Shown here: one piece after another, positions 47,712 to 56,992 of the stretch
Position numbering within the stretch: position 1 is the first letter of the stretch
How the letters are laid out: every line of letters begins with the position of its first letter
Origin: an uncultured Methanosarcinales archaeon
GTDB lineage: Archaea; Nanobdellota; Nanobdellia; Woesearchaeales; UBA583
Length of the DNA stretch: 64,000 nt
NCBI GenBank assembly: GCA_964351975.1
Contig: CAYGPK010000001.1
Location: 85,270-149,269 of the forward strand
Direction of reading: 5' to 3'
Position numbers and translations under genes: made by a program
Notes under the pieces: model-generated
What the model saw: only the letters and a program-made list of their open reading frames with translations
Database searches by the model: none
What the model was told of the DNA's origin: nothing

Positions 47712-49535
47712 ACAGTTTCCATCATTAGCATTAGAGTTTGAATTTGCAACTTGAGTTTCTTGCGGAGTTCCTTCTTTTTCATTTATATTTTGAGTATTTT
47801 GTGTATTTTCTGAAGTTGTAGTATCAGTAGTAATTTGTGTTTGAGGAGTGTTTGAGTTTTCATTTGATGCAATTAGGGGTTCGTCTTTCTCTTCTACGAA
47901 GTTAGGATCTTTTATTGCTAGCCTTAATGTGCCTTTTTTCTCAAACTCTGAATTTGTTGTAAAAGTTATAACATCATTTATACTTTCTTCTTCAAGTGTT
48001 GAACCTTCAGTTGTAATTGTAAATCTTAAAGATGCTTTATCTTTGTAGGATGCAAGTTCATAGGGTATTGTAGGAGGATTTTTAATTGAAATTATTTTGT
48101 CTGTTGGTTGTTCAAATTTAGTTAATGTGCTCTTTGTTAGAGTTCCTAAATTATTTAGATTGTCTTCTTGAAAAATTATTTCTACATAATATTCTCTATC
48201 ATTTTCATCAGGACTATTTATAATTACAGGAAACGGTGAGTTTTCAATAGTATATTTTAGAGCATTGTTTAGTGCTGCAACTCTTCCTTGTCCTAAATTT
48301 TCTAATGCGTGAGAATATACATCTTCACCACTATCAAAATCTAACTTTTGAATGTACAAATCATAATTTACTACAGGAATTTCTAAATTGGAATTAGTTT
48401 CTACCTCTAAAAATAGAACTGTTTTTATTTGGACATCTTCATCAAATTCTTGTTCTAATTTTAATTTTTCTGCTGAACACCTAAATACTTCATTTTTACT
48501 TTTTTGAGCTATTATAATTTTATTTATTTCAACAGTCTCTAATAGAGTATTTCCTTGATAACATTCAATTTTTTTAACTAAAATTCCATTTTCTCCAGTT
48601 TCAAAATTATATATAACTGGAATTTTTTCTTCTTTTAAAATAGGTAAATCATAACGAGGATTATTGGGTTGTTCTAATCTTACTGTATATCTTTCTATAG
48701 TTTTTGTTTCAGTTTCAACAGAGTTTTCTTTTGCAGAACATTCTGTGGGAGTTTTACTAAGGTAGCACATAGGTCCGTCTAAAAAGTTTTGCCATGCTGA
48801 TTTGGATTGTGTTTGGACAGTATCTATAGGATTTGTATCATCAATTTGAAATGTATTTGCCCAAATTAGAGAAGTTCCAACAGGAATTAATAGGAAAATT
48901 AGCATTATAGCTTCCCAATATACGAATTTCATAGTTGTTTCTTTTGTGTTATCTTTAGCTTTTAATAAATATTCAAACCAGAGAAAAGGAAGGAGAATTA
49001 AAATGTTAGCATATAGAGTTAAGGTTAGATACCCTACAACAATACTTAAATATGATTTAGCACTGATAGTCCAAATAGTAGGATGAGTGTATAGATTTGC
49101 TACTGATGAAAATAAATTACCAATAATACTAACAGTTCCTAATAGATTAAATTTTATATATAACATATAAATGCACACAAGTGCAAAAAGATAAATCGTA
49201 GTTCTTAAGATATCAGAAGAAAAATTCCCTTTATGATTTGTAGGTTTTGTTTCTGTTTCATCTTGTCTTTCTTTTAATTCATTAATTCCAGAGCTTACTT
49301 TTTTGAATTCATTTTCAATTTTTTTGGCTTTGTCGGTATCTAGAAATAAAAAAATAATTGGTATAAATACTTTAAATTGATTTAATATTTGAAATATTTT
49401 TTCAATATAAGACAAATTAAATAGTATAATTGAGATTAAAACTATCGAAGTACTAAGTAACAAGTATCGAGGGTGTAATATATTTTTTTTTATTTCAACC
49501 TTTGAAATAAATCTTGAGGATTCTAAATATTTCAT
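47694..49535 (-). CDS. membrane protein with a large extracytoplasmic domain and a T/N/Q-rich C-terminal tail
   Basis: N-terminal TM bundle. The C-terminus is TPQTQITTDTTTSENTQNTQN...NDGNCLNSCV. ATGA overlap with the upstream gene. Confidence 0.45.
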   Translation of the reverse strand: MKYLESSRFISKVEIKKNILHPRYLLLSTSIVLISIILFNLSYIEKIFQILNQFKVFIPIIFLFLDTDKAKKIENEFKKVSSGINELKERQDETETKPTNHKGNFSSDILRTTIYLFALVCIYMLYIKFNLLGTVSIIGNLFSSVANLYTHPTIWTISAKSYLSIVVGYLTLTLYANILILLPFLWFEYLLKAKDNTKETTMKFVYWEAIMLIFLLIPVGTSLIWANTFQIDDTNPIDTVQTQSKSAWQNFLDGPMCYLSKTPTECSAKENSVETETKTIERYTVRLEQPNNPRYDLPILKEEKIPVIYNFETGENGILVKKIECYQGNTLLETVEINKIIIAQKSKNEVFRCSAEKLKLEQEFDEDVQIKTVLFLEVETNSNLEIPVVNYDLYIQKLDFDSGEDVYSHALENLGQGRVAALNNALKYTIENSPFPVIINSPDENDREYYVEIIFQEDNLNNLGTLTKSTLTKFEQPTDKIISIKNPPTIPYELASYKDKASLRFTITTEGSTLEEESINDVITFTTNSEFEKKGTLRLAIKDPNFVEEKDEPLIASNENSNTPQTQITTDTTTSENTQNTQNINEKEGTPQETQVANSNSNANDGNCLNSCV

Positions 49536-50131
49536 TGTAGCACCTCTTCAATTTTTTTTGGATTAAATTCATATTGTCCTATACTTTCTATCAATTGTTT
49601 TAATTGAGCTTTCTTTCTTGTTCTTTTAAGAAAAGACAAATTTCGAAAATCATAAGTTTGAGTATATTTTTCAACTTTTGTTGCAAAGTACGCTCTTAAT
49701 TTATTTTTTAAATGTCCTTTAAATTTTTCAAATTCTTCATTATCTTCTAATTTTAAAATACTTTCAATAACATCAAATCTTGCAATGATATAGAAATTAA
49801 TTAGTTTGTCAATAATATTTGAACAATTTTCATTAACTTGATTTTGGTTTGCTTTGTATTCTGATAACCATTTTGAATAAGCTTGTTTTATTATTTGTAA
49901 ATCATCGCTACTTTCTTGATTGTTTTCAGTTTGATTTTTAATTTCATTTTCACATTCATCAATTATTTGTTTTGCCCAAGGTTCAATTTCAGGTTTTTCT
50001 TTAAATTTAATTAAGTCATTTTGGTTTTGTGAAACTAAATTTATTATTGAATTTTTTATTTTATTTTTAGAATAATTATCAGTTGAGTTTTTGTATTCGT
50101 TAAGAAGGTTAAGTAATTCTAGTTCAAACAT
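49532..50131 (-). CDS. hypothetical cytoplasmic protein (first gene of a two-gene operon)
   Basis: 199-aa acidic ORF with N/Q-rich stretches. Confidence 0.4.
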   Translation of the reverse strand: MFELELLNLLNEYKNSTDNYSKNKIKNSIINLVSQNQNDLIKFKEKPEIEPWAKQIIDECENEIKNQTENNQESSDDLQIIKQAYSKWLSEYKANQNQVNENCSNIIDKLINFYIIARFDVIESILKLEDNEEFEKFKGHLKNKLRAYFATKVEKYTQTYDFRNLSFLKRTRKKAQLKQLIESIGQYEFNPKKIEEVLQ

Positions 50132-50248
50132 ATATATTTATCTGTGAAAATTGTTTATAAATGTTATTTTTTGTTTAAGAGTGAAGTTTTTATATAAAAA
50201 GGTTTTAATAAAATTAAAGTTACTAGTAAACTATATAAATATTAATGC

Positions 50249-51145
50249 TTGTTTTATTTTATGAGAAAAGTTTTAATAATTTTATTTATACTTTTAGGAC
50301 TTATTTTTAGTTCTTGTTCAGGTGGATTGAATTTTGGAGGAAGTAAGACTGATTATCCTGATGAAGTTAAAAGTGGAAATGGTCTTAAAATTAATTTTAA
50401 TATTGATGATAGATGGATAAAGGCAGGAAAATTACAATATGAAATAACATTAAAAAATGAAGGAACTGATGAAATTAAACTTTCAAAAGATAATTTTGTT
50501 TTAAGTGTTGATACGACTCAGAGTGTTTTTGTTCCTAGTTCTTTAGAAGAGTTTTATAATAGTATATTAGAGGGGGGAGATTTAGTTTTATATCCTAGTC
50601 AAGAGAGAAGTTCTGGTGGGGCTTTAGAGTTTGAACCTAATTTTTTAGAAGATAGAGTTTTACCCGATTTTAATTTAATTTTAAATGTCAATTATGATTA
50701 TACTACAAAGTTTGATAGTAGTGTTAGTTTAAGAAGAGAGAGTGGAATTTGGAAATTAGGTCAAGATAATTCTAACCAAGCAGCTCCAGTTAAGATAGAT
50801 AAATTAGAACTTATGCTTGATAAAGGAAATAACTATTTTTTAATTTTTTATTTTAGAGATGTTGGTCAAAATGGAGGTTTACTTTCAAATAATGTTTTAA
50901 TTAATATTGATAATTTTAATGCTAATTTAGGAACAGGTTCACTTAGTTGTGTTCCTTCTTATTATGATGGAAAATATTTTACTTCGGCTAATGGTTATAT
51001 TATTAACTCAGAAAAAGATGATTTGGTTGCAAGATGCAGTATTTCACTAGGAGATGTTTCAGATTATACTACTAAAGTTGTTTCAACTTTTGATTATAAT
51101 TATAAGATGAGATTTAATGAGAAGATTACATTTCCTAAAAATTGA
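50249..51145 (+). CDS. secreted putative lipoprotein (lipobox-like LIFSSC), paralog of 11157..12035
   Basis: Signal peptide MRKVLIILFILLGLIFSSCSGG. Architecture similar to the 11157 gene. Confidence 0.5.
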   Translation: MFYFMRKVLIILFILLGLIFSSCSGGLNFGGSKTDYPDEVKSGNGLKINFNIDDRWIKAGKLQYEITLKNEGTDEIKLSKDNFVLSVDTTQSVFVPSSLEEFYNSILEGGDLVLYPSQERSSGGALEFEPNFLEDRVLPDFNLILNVNYDYTTKFDSSVSLRRESGIWKLGQDNSNQAAPVKIDKLELMLDKGNNYFLIFYFRDVGQNGGLLSNNVLINIDNFNANLGTGSLSCVPSYYDGKYFTSANGYIINSEKDDLVARCSISLGDVSDYTTKVVSTFDYNYKMRFNEKITFPKN

Positions 51146-51246
51146 TTGAGAGAATATTTCTAACAAAAATATTTATAAAGGCATATTTATTCTTATTATT
51201 ATAAATCCGTTTACTATAGTCTTGTTACTATAGGAGGAGCTTTAAA

Positions 51247-51897
51247 ATGAATGTTAAAGATATTGAGAAAAAAGTAAAAGAAGTTCGAGCAAACTCTAAA
51301 AAGAGAGGTTTTCCTCAAACTTTTGATTTGATTTTCAACCTACAAAATATGGACTTGAAAAAGCCAGACCATAAGGTTGATGTTGGAGCTGTGTTATACA
51401 CACAAGTTAAAACTAGCAAATTTAAGATTTGTGCTATTATTGATCATAGTGTTTCTGGTGCTGATGAAGTATTTGATAGAGTTTTATTTAATGATGAACT
51501 TGCTGCCCTTAAAGGTAATATGAAAGAAATTAGAAAAATTACTCAAGGTTATGATAAATTTGTTGTTCAAGCAAATCATATGCCTTTATTTGCTCAAATT
51601 TTAGGTAGATACTTAGGACCTATGAATAAAATGCCTTCTCCAAAATTAGGTATGATTATTACAGCTAAAACTCCTCTTGATGATTTATATAGTAAATTAC
51701 AAAAGACAGTTCATTTACAAACTAAGAAAAATTTAGTTATTCAAGCAAGTGTTGGTTCAGAAAAAGAATCAGATAATAATGTTGCACAAAACATTGTTCA
51801 TATTTATGAGACAATGCTTCATGCACTTCCAGCACAAAAGAATAATATCAAAGATGTTAGCTTAAAGCTTACTATGGGTAAGCCTGAGGTGTTATAA
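51247..51897 (+). CDS. rpl1: 50S ribosomal protein L1
   Basis: L1-family pattern (RGFPQTFDLIFNL...GRYLGP). Leader with a GGAGG Shine-Dalgarno. Confidence 0.9.
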   Translation: MNVKDIEKKVKEVRANSKKRGFPQTFDLIFNLQNMDLKKPDHKVDVGAVLYTQVKTSKFKICAIIDHSVSGADEVFDRVLFNDELAALKGNMKEIRKITQGYDKFVVQANHMPLFAQILGRYLGPMNKMPSPKLGMIITAKTPLDDLYSKLQKTVHLQTKKNLVIQASVGSEKESDNNVAQNIVHIYETMLHALPAQKNNIKDVSLKLTMGKPEVL

Positions 51898-51898
51898 A

Positions 51899-52912
51899 AT
51901 GGCAATTGATAGTACTTATAAATCCAAAGTAAATCCTAGAAATAAAGAATTTGCAGATAAGATTAGAAATTTATCTAATAAATATTCAATTGTAGGTATT
52001 GTTGATGTTTCAGGTTTACCTGCACCACAATTTCAAAGAATTAGATCAAAAGTTAAAAAAACAGCAGAAGTTTTAATTGTAAAGAAAAATTTAATTGAAA
52101 TTGTTTTAAAGGAACTTGAAACTAAGTTTAAAGGTATTAGTGACTTAATTTCTAAAACTTCAGGAGTTGTAGGACTTGTTTTTACTAATGATAATCCTTT
52201 TACTTTATATAAATTTGTTAAAAAGAATAAATCAACAGCACCTGCTAAAGCAGGTCAAATTGCACCAAATAATATTGTAGTTCCAGCAGGACCAACTAGT
52301 TTTGCACCTGGGCCAATTATTGGTGAGTTAGGAGCTTTAGGAATTAAAGCAGGAATTACAGCGGGTAAAGTTGAAATTAAGGCAGACTCAGTTGTTGCAA
52401 AAGAAGGAGATGAAATATCAGCAGCTCTTGCTGGAGTTTTATCCAGACTTGGTATTGAACCTATGGAAGTTGGTTTAAATATTAAAGCTATTTATGAAGA
52501 AGGAACAATTTATGGAAGAGATATTTTAGATGTTGATTCAGATGCAATTCTGGCAGATCTTATAGGTGCTGCTAGTGATTGTTTCAACTTAGCTTTAGGA
52601 TTGCATTATCCAACTAAGGAGAACGTATCATTGTTAATTGGTTCTGCAGCGAGAGATTCTCTTGGTTTAGGAATTGGTGTTGCATATCCTGCTGCTGAGA
52701 CAATTAAGCAATTAATTACTAAGGCTGAGTCTCAAGGTTATGGGGTAGCATTATCCCTACCAGAAGATAACAGGCCTGCTGGGTTTGCTGTTAAATCAGC
52801 ACCAGTAGCAGAAAATAATAATGTTTCTGCTAATGAAGAGTCAAAACCAGAAGATAAAAAAGAAGAAGCTCCTGCAGCAGACATGTCTGCTGGCTTTGGA
52901 GGACTTTTTTAA
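51899..52912 (+). CDS. rplP0: 50S ribosomal protein L10 (acidic P0)
   Basis: Archaeal P0 with an Ala/Glu-rich C-terminus ending ...MSAGFGGLF. Confidence 0.9.
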   Translation: MAIDSTYKSKVNPRNKEFADKIRNLSNKYSIVGIVDVSGLPAPQFQRIRSKVKKTAEVLIVKKNLIEIVLKELETKFKGISDLISKTSGVVGLVFTNDNPFTLYKFVKKNKSTAPAKAGQIAPNNIVVPAGPTSFAPGPIIGELGALGIKAGITAGKVEIKADSVVAKEGDEISAALAGVLSRLGIEPMEVGLNIKAIYEEGTIYGRDILDVDSDAILADLIGAASDCFNLALGLHYPTKENVSLLIGSAARDSLGLGIGVAYPAAETIKQLITKAESQGYGVALSLPEDNRPAGFAVKSAPVAENNNVSANEESKPEDKKEEAPAADMSAGFGGLF

Positions 52913-52949
52913 AAATTATTTGAGATTAAATCTCATAAACTTATAAAAA

Positions 52950-53246
52950 ATGGAATACATATACGCTGCTATGCTTTTAAACAAAGCTGGGAAAAAAATT
53001 GAAGAGAAAGATATGACTGCAGTTCTTAAAGCTGCAGGTGTTGAGGCTGACGCTGCTAAAGTTAAGTCTTTAATTGCTGCACTTGATGGTGTAGATATTG
53101 CTCAAGTAATTGCTGATTCAGCTATGGTTGCTGCACCTTCTGCTGCTGCTCCTGCTGCATCTGCTGCATCTGCTCCTGCTGCTGAAGAGAAAAAGGAGGA
53201 AGCTCCTGCTGTTGACGCATCTGCTGGGCTTGGCTCATTATTTTAA
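52950..53246 (+). CDS. rpl12: 50S ribosomal protein L12 (P1 stalk protein)
   Basis: MEYIYAAMLLNKAGK... with Ala-rich hinge and tail ...EEAPAVDASAGLGSLF. Confidence 0.85.
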   Translation: MEYIYAAMLLNKAGKKIEEKDMTAVLKAAGVEADAAKVKSLIAALDGVDIAQVIADSAMVAAPSAAAPAASAASAPAAEEKKEEAPAVDASAGLGSLF

Positions 53247-53424
53247 TATTTTTATTTAATATTATTTTTTCAAATTTACGTCAAATATTAATAGGAATAT
53301 TAAATATTTTTATTATATTTTATAGTAAATAAACAAACAAACTAAACAAAATCATAAAAAATGGGAGAGACGCTCAAAAATTCGCTCTTTCACATTTTTT
53401 ATTAACAAAAAACATATATAAAAA

Positions 53425-54315
53425 ATGGATAAAGAGGCAATTCGTGATGAATTGAAAAAGGTTCGAGAAGAAATCAAAAAGGTTAAATCCGAATTTTTGA
53501 CTAAAAAAGATAAGAAAGAAGAGCACTTTGAAAAAGGTGATGATTATTCTAAAGAAATTGATGCTTTATATGAAGAAGTTAAAACTATTGAGCAAGATAA
53601 TAATTTAGATAAGATTAATGAAGAATTAGAGATTCAAAAAAAAGAATTTGATGAACACTCTGCTAAATTAAAAATTTTACAAACTGAATTTGATAAAGCA
53701 AAAACTCAAGAGAAACCTTCTACATTTAAACCTAAGATTAAAACTGTTTCTTTAGATAAAGCAAACAAAGAAATTGCAGAATTAGATTTGAAATTACAAA
53801 CTCAAGTTTTATCTTTAGATAAAGAATCTGTTATTACTAAAAAGATTGCAGAATTAAAAGATTTCATTGGAAAACATCAAACTTCTTCTTCATCTTCTTC
53901 AGAAGGTAATTATAGTGATGATTTTAAACAAGTTAGAAAAGATTTTAACAATGTTCGAAAAAAATTTAATAATTCAGAGAGAAAGATTAGAAACCTTTAC
54001 AAGAAAATTCGTTTAATTAGTAAAGAGAAGAAATTAAGATATAAAAAGATTGATGAATTAAGAAATCTTAAAAAAGAGGTTTTTGAAGAATTTAGAAGTC
54101 AAAAGAAAGAATATTCTGATATTGGAAAATCGCTTCGTGATCTTTTTAAAAAAGAAGAAGAACTACTTATTGAGTTAGGTGAATCACCAAATCAAAAGAA
54201 GAGACAATTCGAAAAAGACATTAAAGTAAAACAAAAGGAAGCTGAGGATAAATTTATGAATAAAGGTATTCTTACAACTGATGATTTACTGATGTTACAA
54301 TCAGGTAAAAAATAA
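53425..54315 (+). CDS. K/E-rich coiled-coil protein, unknown function
   Basis: 296 aa, low complexity with heptad-like repeats. Confidence 0.4.
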   Translation: MDKEAIRDELKKVREEIKKVKSEFLTKKDKKEEHFEKGDDYSKEIDALYEEVKTIEQDNNLDKINEELEIQKKEFDEHSAKLKILQTEFDKAKTQEKPSTFKPKIKTVSLDKANKEIAELDLKLQTQVLSLDKESVITKKIAELKDFIGKHQTSSSSSSEGNYSDDFKQVRKDFNNVRKKFNNSERKIRNLYKKIRLISKEKKLRYKKIDELRNLKKEVFEEFRSQKKEYSDIGKSLRDLFKKEEELLIELGESPNQKKRQFEKDIKVKQKEAEDKFMNKGILTTDDLLMLQSGKK

Positions 54316-54401
54316 TTTTATTCTTTTTTAACTACTACTACTACTAATTTTCACTAATAAAGTTTAATTAAATTTATAAATTTGTATTTTTCTATTTTAT
54401 T

Positions 54402-55043
54402 ATGTTTATATACATTTTTGCTTTATTTGTTGTATTTTTGGGAATTTATATTTTATACAATAGTTTTACTTTTCAAATTTTTATTAGAAAAGTTAGAGTT
54501 AAAAATAAAGTTTTAGATGAATTTGTTTCAAAAGTAAGGGGAACTTATGTTAGTTCAGGATATTTTTCACTTTCTCATAAGATAATCTATGAAAAAGAAT
54601 ATATTTCTTTAAGCAATAGAGTAAAAAAAGAGTATGGAAATTGTTATAATGTTGTTAAATTTAGAACTGCAGATGCTAATTGGGAGCTTTTTTTTCATCT
54701 TTTGAAAGAAGGATTGAAGTTTAGTGAGATAATGACTGTTAGAGTTTTTCCAAATGATATTAAAATACGTAGTGAAGGTAATATTGAGAAGATTCATTCT
54801 AGGTTAAATATATTTACTAATAATCAATATTTAAGCAGAATATTAGAAGATTCACATATGAAGAATCATTTAAATTTTTTATTGCAATCCAATGGAGATA
54901 TGGGCTTAATTGCACATAACAATATACATTTTAAGACTTTTACCAGTGGAGTTTCAGTTGAGGTTAATGATATTTTAGAGATTATAAAATCTATTAATTA
55001 TATTAAAAATAAAGTGTATGTTAAAGGAGTTATGGAATATTAA
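54402..55043 (+). CDS. hypothetical N-terminally membrane-anchored protein
   Basis: N-terminal TM MFIYIFALFVVFLGIYILY. Confidence 0.4.
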   Translation: MFIYIFALFVVFLGIYILYNSFTFQIFIRKVRVKNKVLDEFVSKVRGTYVSSGYFSLSHKIIYEKEYISLSNRVKKEYGNCYNVVKFRTADANWELFFHLLKEGLKFSEIMTVRVFPNDIKIRSEGNIEKIHSRLNIFTNNQYLSRILEDSHMKNHLNFLLQSNGDMGLIAHNNIHFKTFTSGVSVEVNDILEIIKSINYIKNKVYVKGVMEY

Positions 55044-55142
55044 TTTCAGAATCAGATTGAGATTGCGAGGAATGTATAGTAGTTGTGAAAGGCGATGAAA
55101 ATTTAGACTAAAATTAATAAGTAATTAAGAATTGTATTATTT

Positions 55143-55646
55143 ATGGATTGGAATAATGTTAAGTTTAGAAATTTAATTACAGATGAATTAGAATTAAATC
55201 TACCTAAAGACAAAGAAGTTCAACAAAGACTTTCAGCTTATTGCTTAGTTATTAAAGATACAAGGGTTTTACTTGTAAAAGATAGTTTTGGTGAAAAAGA
55301 ATTTTGGCAATTACCAGGAGGGGGAGTAGAAATAGGTGAATCTCTTTTTGAAGCTGGAGAGAGAGAAACTTTAGAAGAGAGTGGTTATGAAGTTAAGATT
55401 TTTGATAAACTTCCTGTAGTAATTAGAACTGATTTTGCAAAGAATGCAATTTCAGATAATTATTATCAGAGTTTTTTGTTTATTTATAGGGCGGAGTTGT
55501 TAAATGATAAAGTTAAAGAATTAAATTTGGATTTTGAGGGAGAAGTTACGGAAGTTAAATGGATTGAACTTAAGGATTTAGAGAAATTAGAAAATATAAG
55601 AGAAGTTAATAAAGAAGTTTTAAGAAATATTAAATCTTATCTTTGA
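55143..55646 (+). CDS. Nudix hydrolase
   Basis: Canonical Nudix box GGGVEIGESLFEAGERETLEESGY. Confidence 0.8.
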   Translation: MDWNNVKFRNLITDELELNLPKDKEVQQRLSAYCLVIKDTRVLLVKDSFGEKEFWQLPGGGVEIGESLFEAGERETLEESGYEVKIFDKLPVVIRTDFAKNAISDNYYQSFLFIYRAELLNDKVKELNLDFEGEVTEVKWIELKDLEKLENIREVNKEVLRNIKSYL

Positions 55647-56494
55647 ATTTTTAGTTGCCTTAATGCCTTTATTCGATCTTCTGTTGAAGGGTGAGTTGAA
55701 AACATTTTAAACAATGAACTTGATTTAAATGGATTAATTATAAATAAACTCTCTGTTGCAGCAGCACTAGGATTATTATTTGTGTGTCCTTTTACTCCTT
55801 CTTCAAGCTTTCGTAGTGCATTAATCATTGGTTGTGCTGTTTTCATTATTTGAGCTGCTCCAGCATCTGCAAGATATTCTCTTTGTCTTGAAATTGCTAA
55901 TTGAATTATAGTTGCAATTAAAGGCGTTAATATAATTATTGCCATAGCACCAACAATATTACTTAATCCATTATCATTATCACCTCTACCATATCCAAAA
56001 ATAATTGCCCATTGAAGCATATTTGCAATAAGAGAAATTGCTGATGCTATTCCTACAGCTATTGTTTGAATCAATGTGTCTCTGTGTTTAATGTGAGATA
56101 GTTCGTGAGCCATAACAGCTCGGACTTCTTCCTCGCTCATAAGGGTGAGAAGTGATTCGGTAGCTGCGACTGCTGAATTTTTGTAATTTCTTCCTGTTGC
56201 AAAAGCGTTTGGAGATGGAGCTGTTATTGTATATACTTTTGGTGTTGGAATTTTTGCAAGTCTTGCAAGTTCCTTTACTATAATATATAATTTATGATCG
56301 TGTGAAACTTCTTTTGCTTTGTACATTTTAAGTACAATTTTATCACTAAACCAATAACTACCGAAATTGAAGATCATTGCAATTGCAAAACCAATTATCA
56401 TACCTACTTGATTACCTATTAGGTATCCAATTCCAATAAAGAGACCTGCTAAAGTTGCAAGTAATATAGTTGTTTTTATTCTATTTCCTATCAT
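55637..56494 (-). CDS. htpX: HtpX-like M48 zinc metalloprotease
   Basis: HELSHIKHRD (HExxH), N-terminal TM helices, and the conserved layout of HtpX. Confidence 0.85.
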   Translation of the reverse strand: MIGNRIKTTILLATLAGLFIGIGYLIGNQVGMIIGFAIAMIFNFGSYWFSDKIVLKMYKAKEVSHDHKLYIIVKELARLAKIPTPKVYTITAPSPNAFATGRNYKNSAVAATESLLTLMSEEEVRAVMAHELSHIKHRDTLIQTIAVGIASAISLIANMLQWAIIFGYGRGDNDNGLSNIVGAMAIIILTPLIATIIQLAISRQREYLADAGAAQIMKTAQPMINALRKLEEGVKGHTNNNPSAAATESLFIINPFKSSSLFKMFSTHPSTEDRIKALRQLKIQR

Positions 56495-56633
56495 TTTATT
56501 TTATTATGTTATATTAATTATAAATGTTAATATATATTTAAATATTTCTTTTATTTAACAATTGTTAATAAATAGGTTATTATGTAGTATTCAAATTACA
56601 AATTTTTATAAATGCTTGAATTTAGAATAGTTT

Positions 56634-56879
56634 ATGGTAAAAAAATCCTGGTTTGATAAGTTTGAGAGTATAGATAGACACACAATGGCTCATTTCTATT
56701 TAGGAATTGGTGTAACAATTTTCATATTGAATGTAATTTCATTTATGTCAATTTACGTTTATTTTAAAGATTCAAGTTTAGGAGTTGTTGGTCCTTATTT
56801 TGGTCATTATTCTTCATTTGTTGCAGCAATTTTATTGATTGTCTTTTCAATTTATGAAATGAACAAACATAAGAAATAA
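56634..56879 (+). CDS. small membrane protein
   Basis: Two TM segments. Confidence 0.35.
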   Translation: MVKKSWFDKFESIDRHTMAHFYLGIGVTIFILNVISFMSIYVYFKDSSLGVVGPYFGHYSSFVAAILLIVFSIYEMNKHKK

Positions 56880-56992
56880 TTTTTTTAATTTTAAGTTAAG
56901 TTTATAAATAATTTATTCTTAACTATATCATTGAGTTTTGGTACTCTATAATTCTTAATTCGAAATATTATACGAAAAGAATTCTATTTAAA

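Noticed and set aside
53340-53400. Imperfect hairpin plus T-tract and a 14-codon ORF (MGETLKNSLFHIFY) after rpl12
   Set aside because: The stem is weak and bulged. It lies ~100 nt after the stop codon. It is most likely just the AT-rich intergenic promoter region for the next gene.
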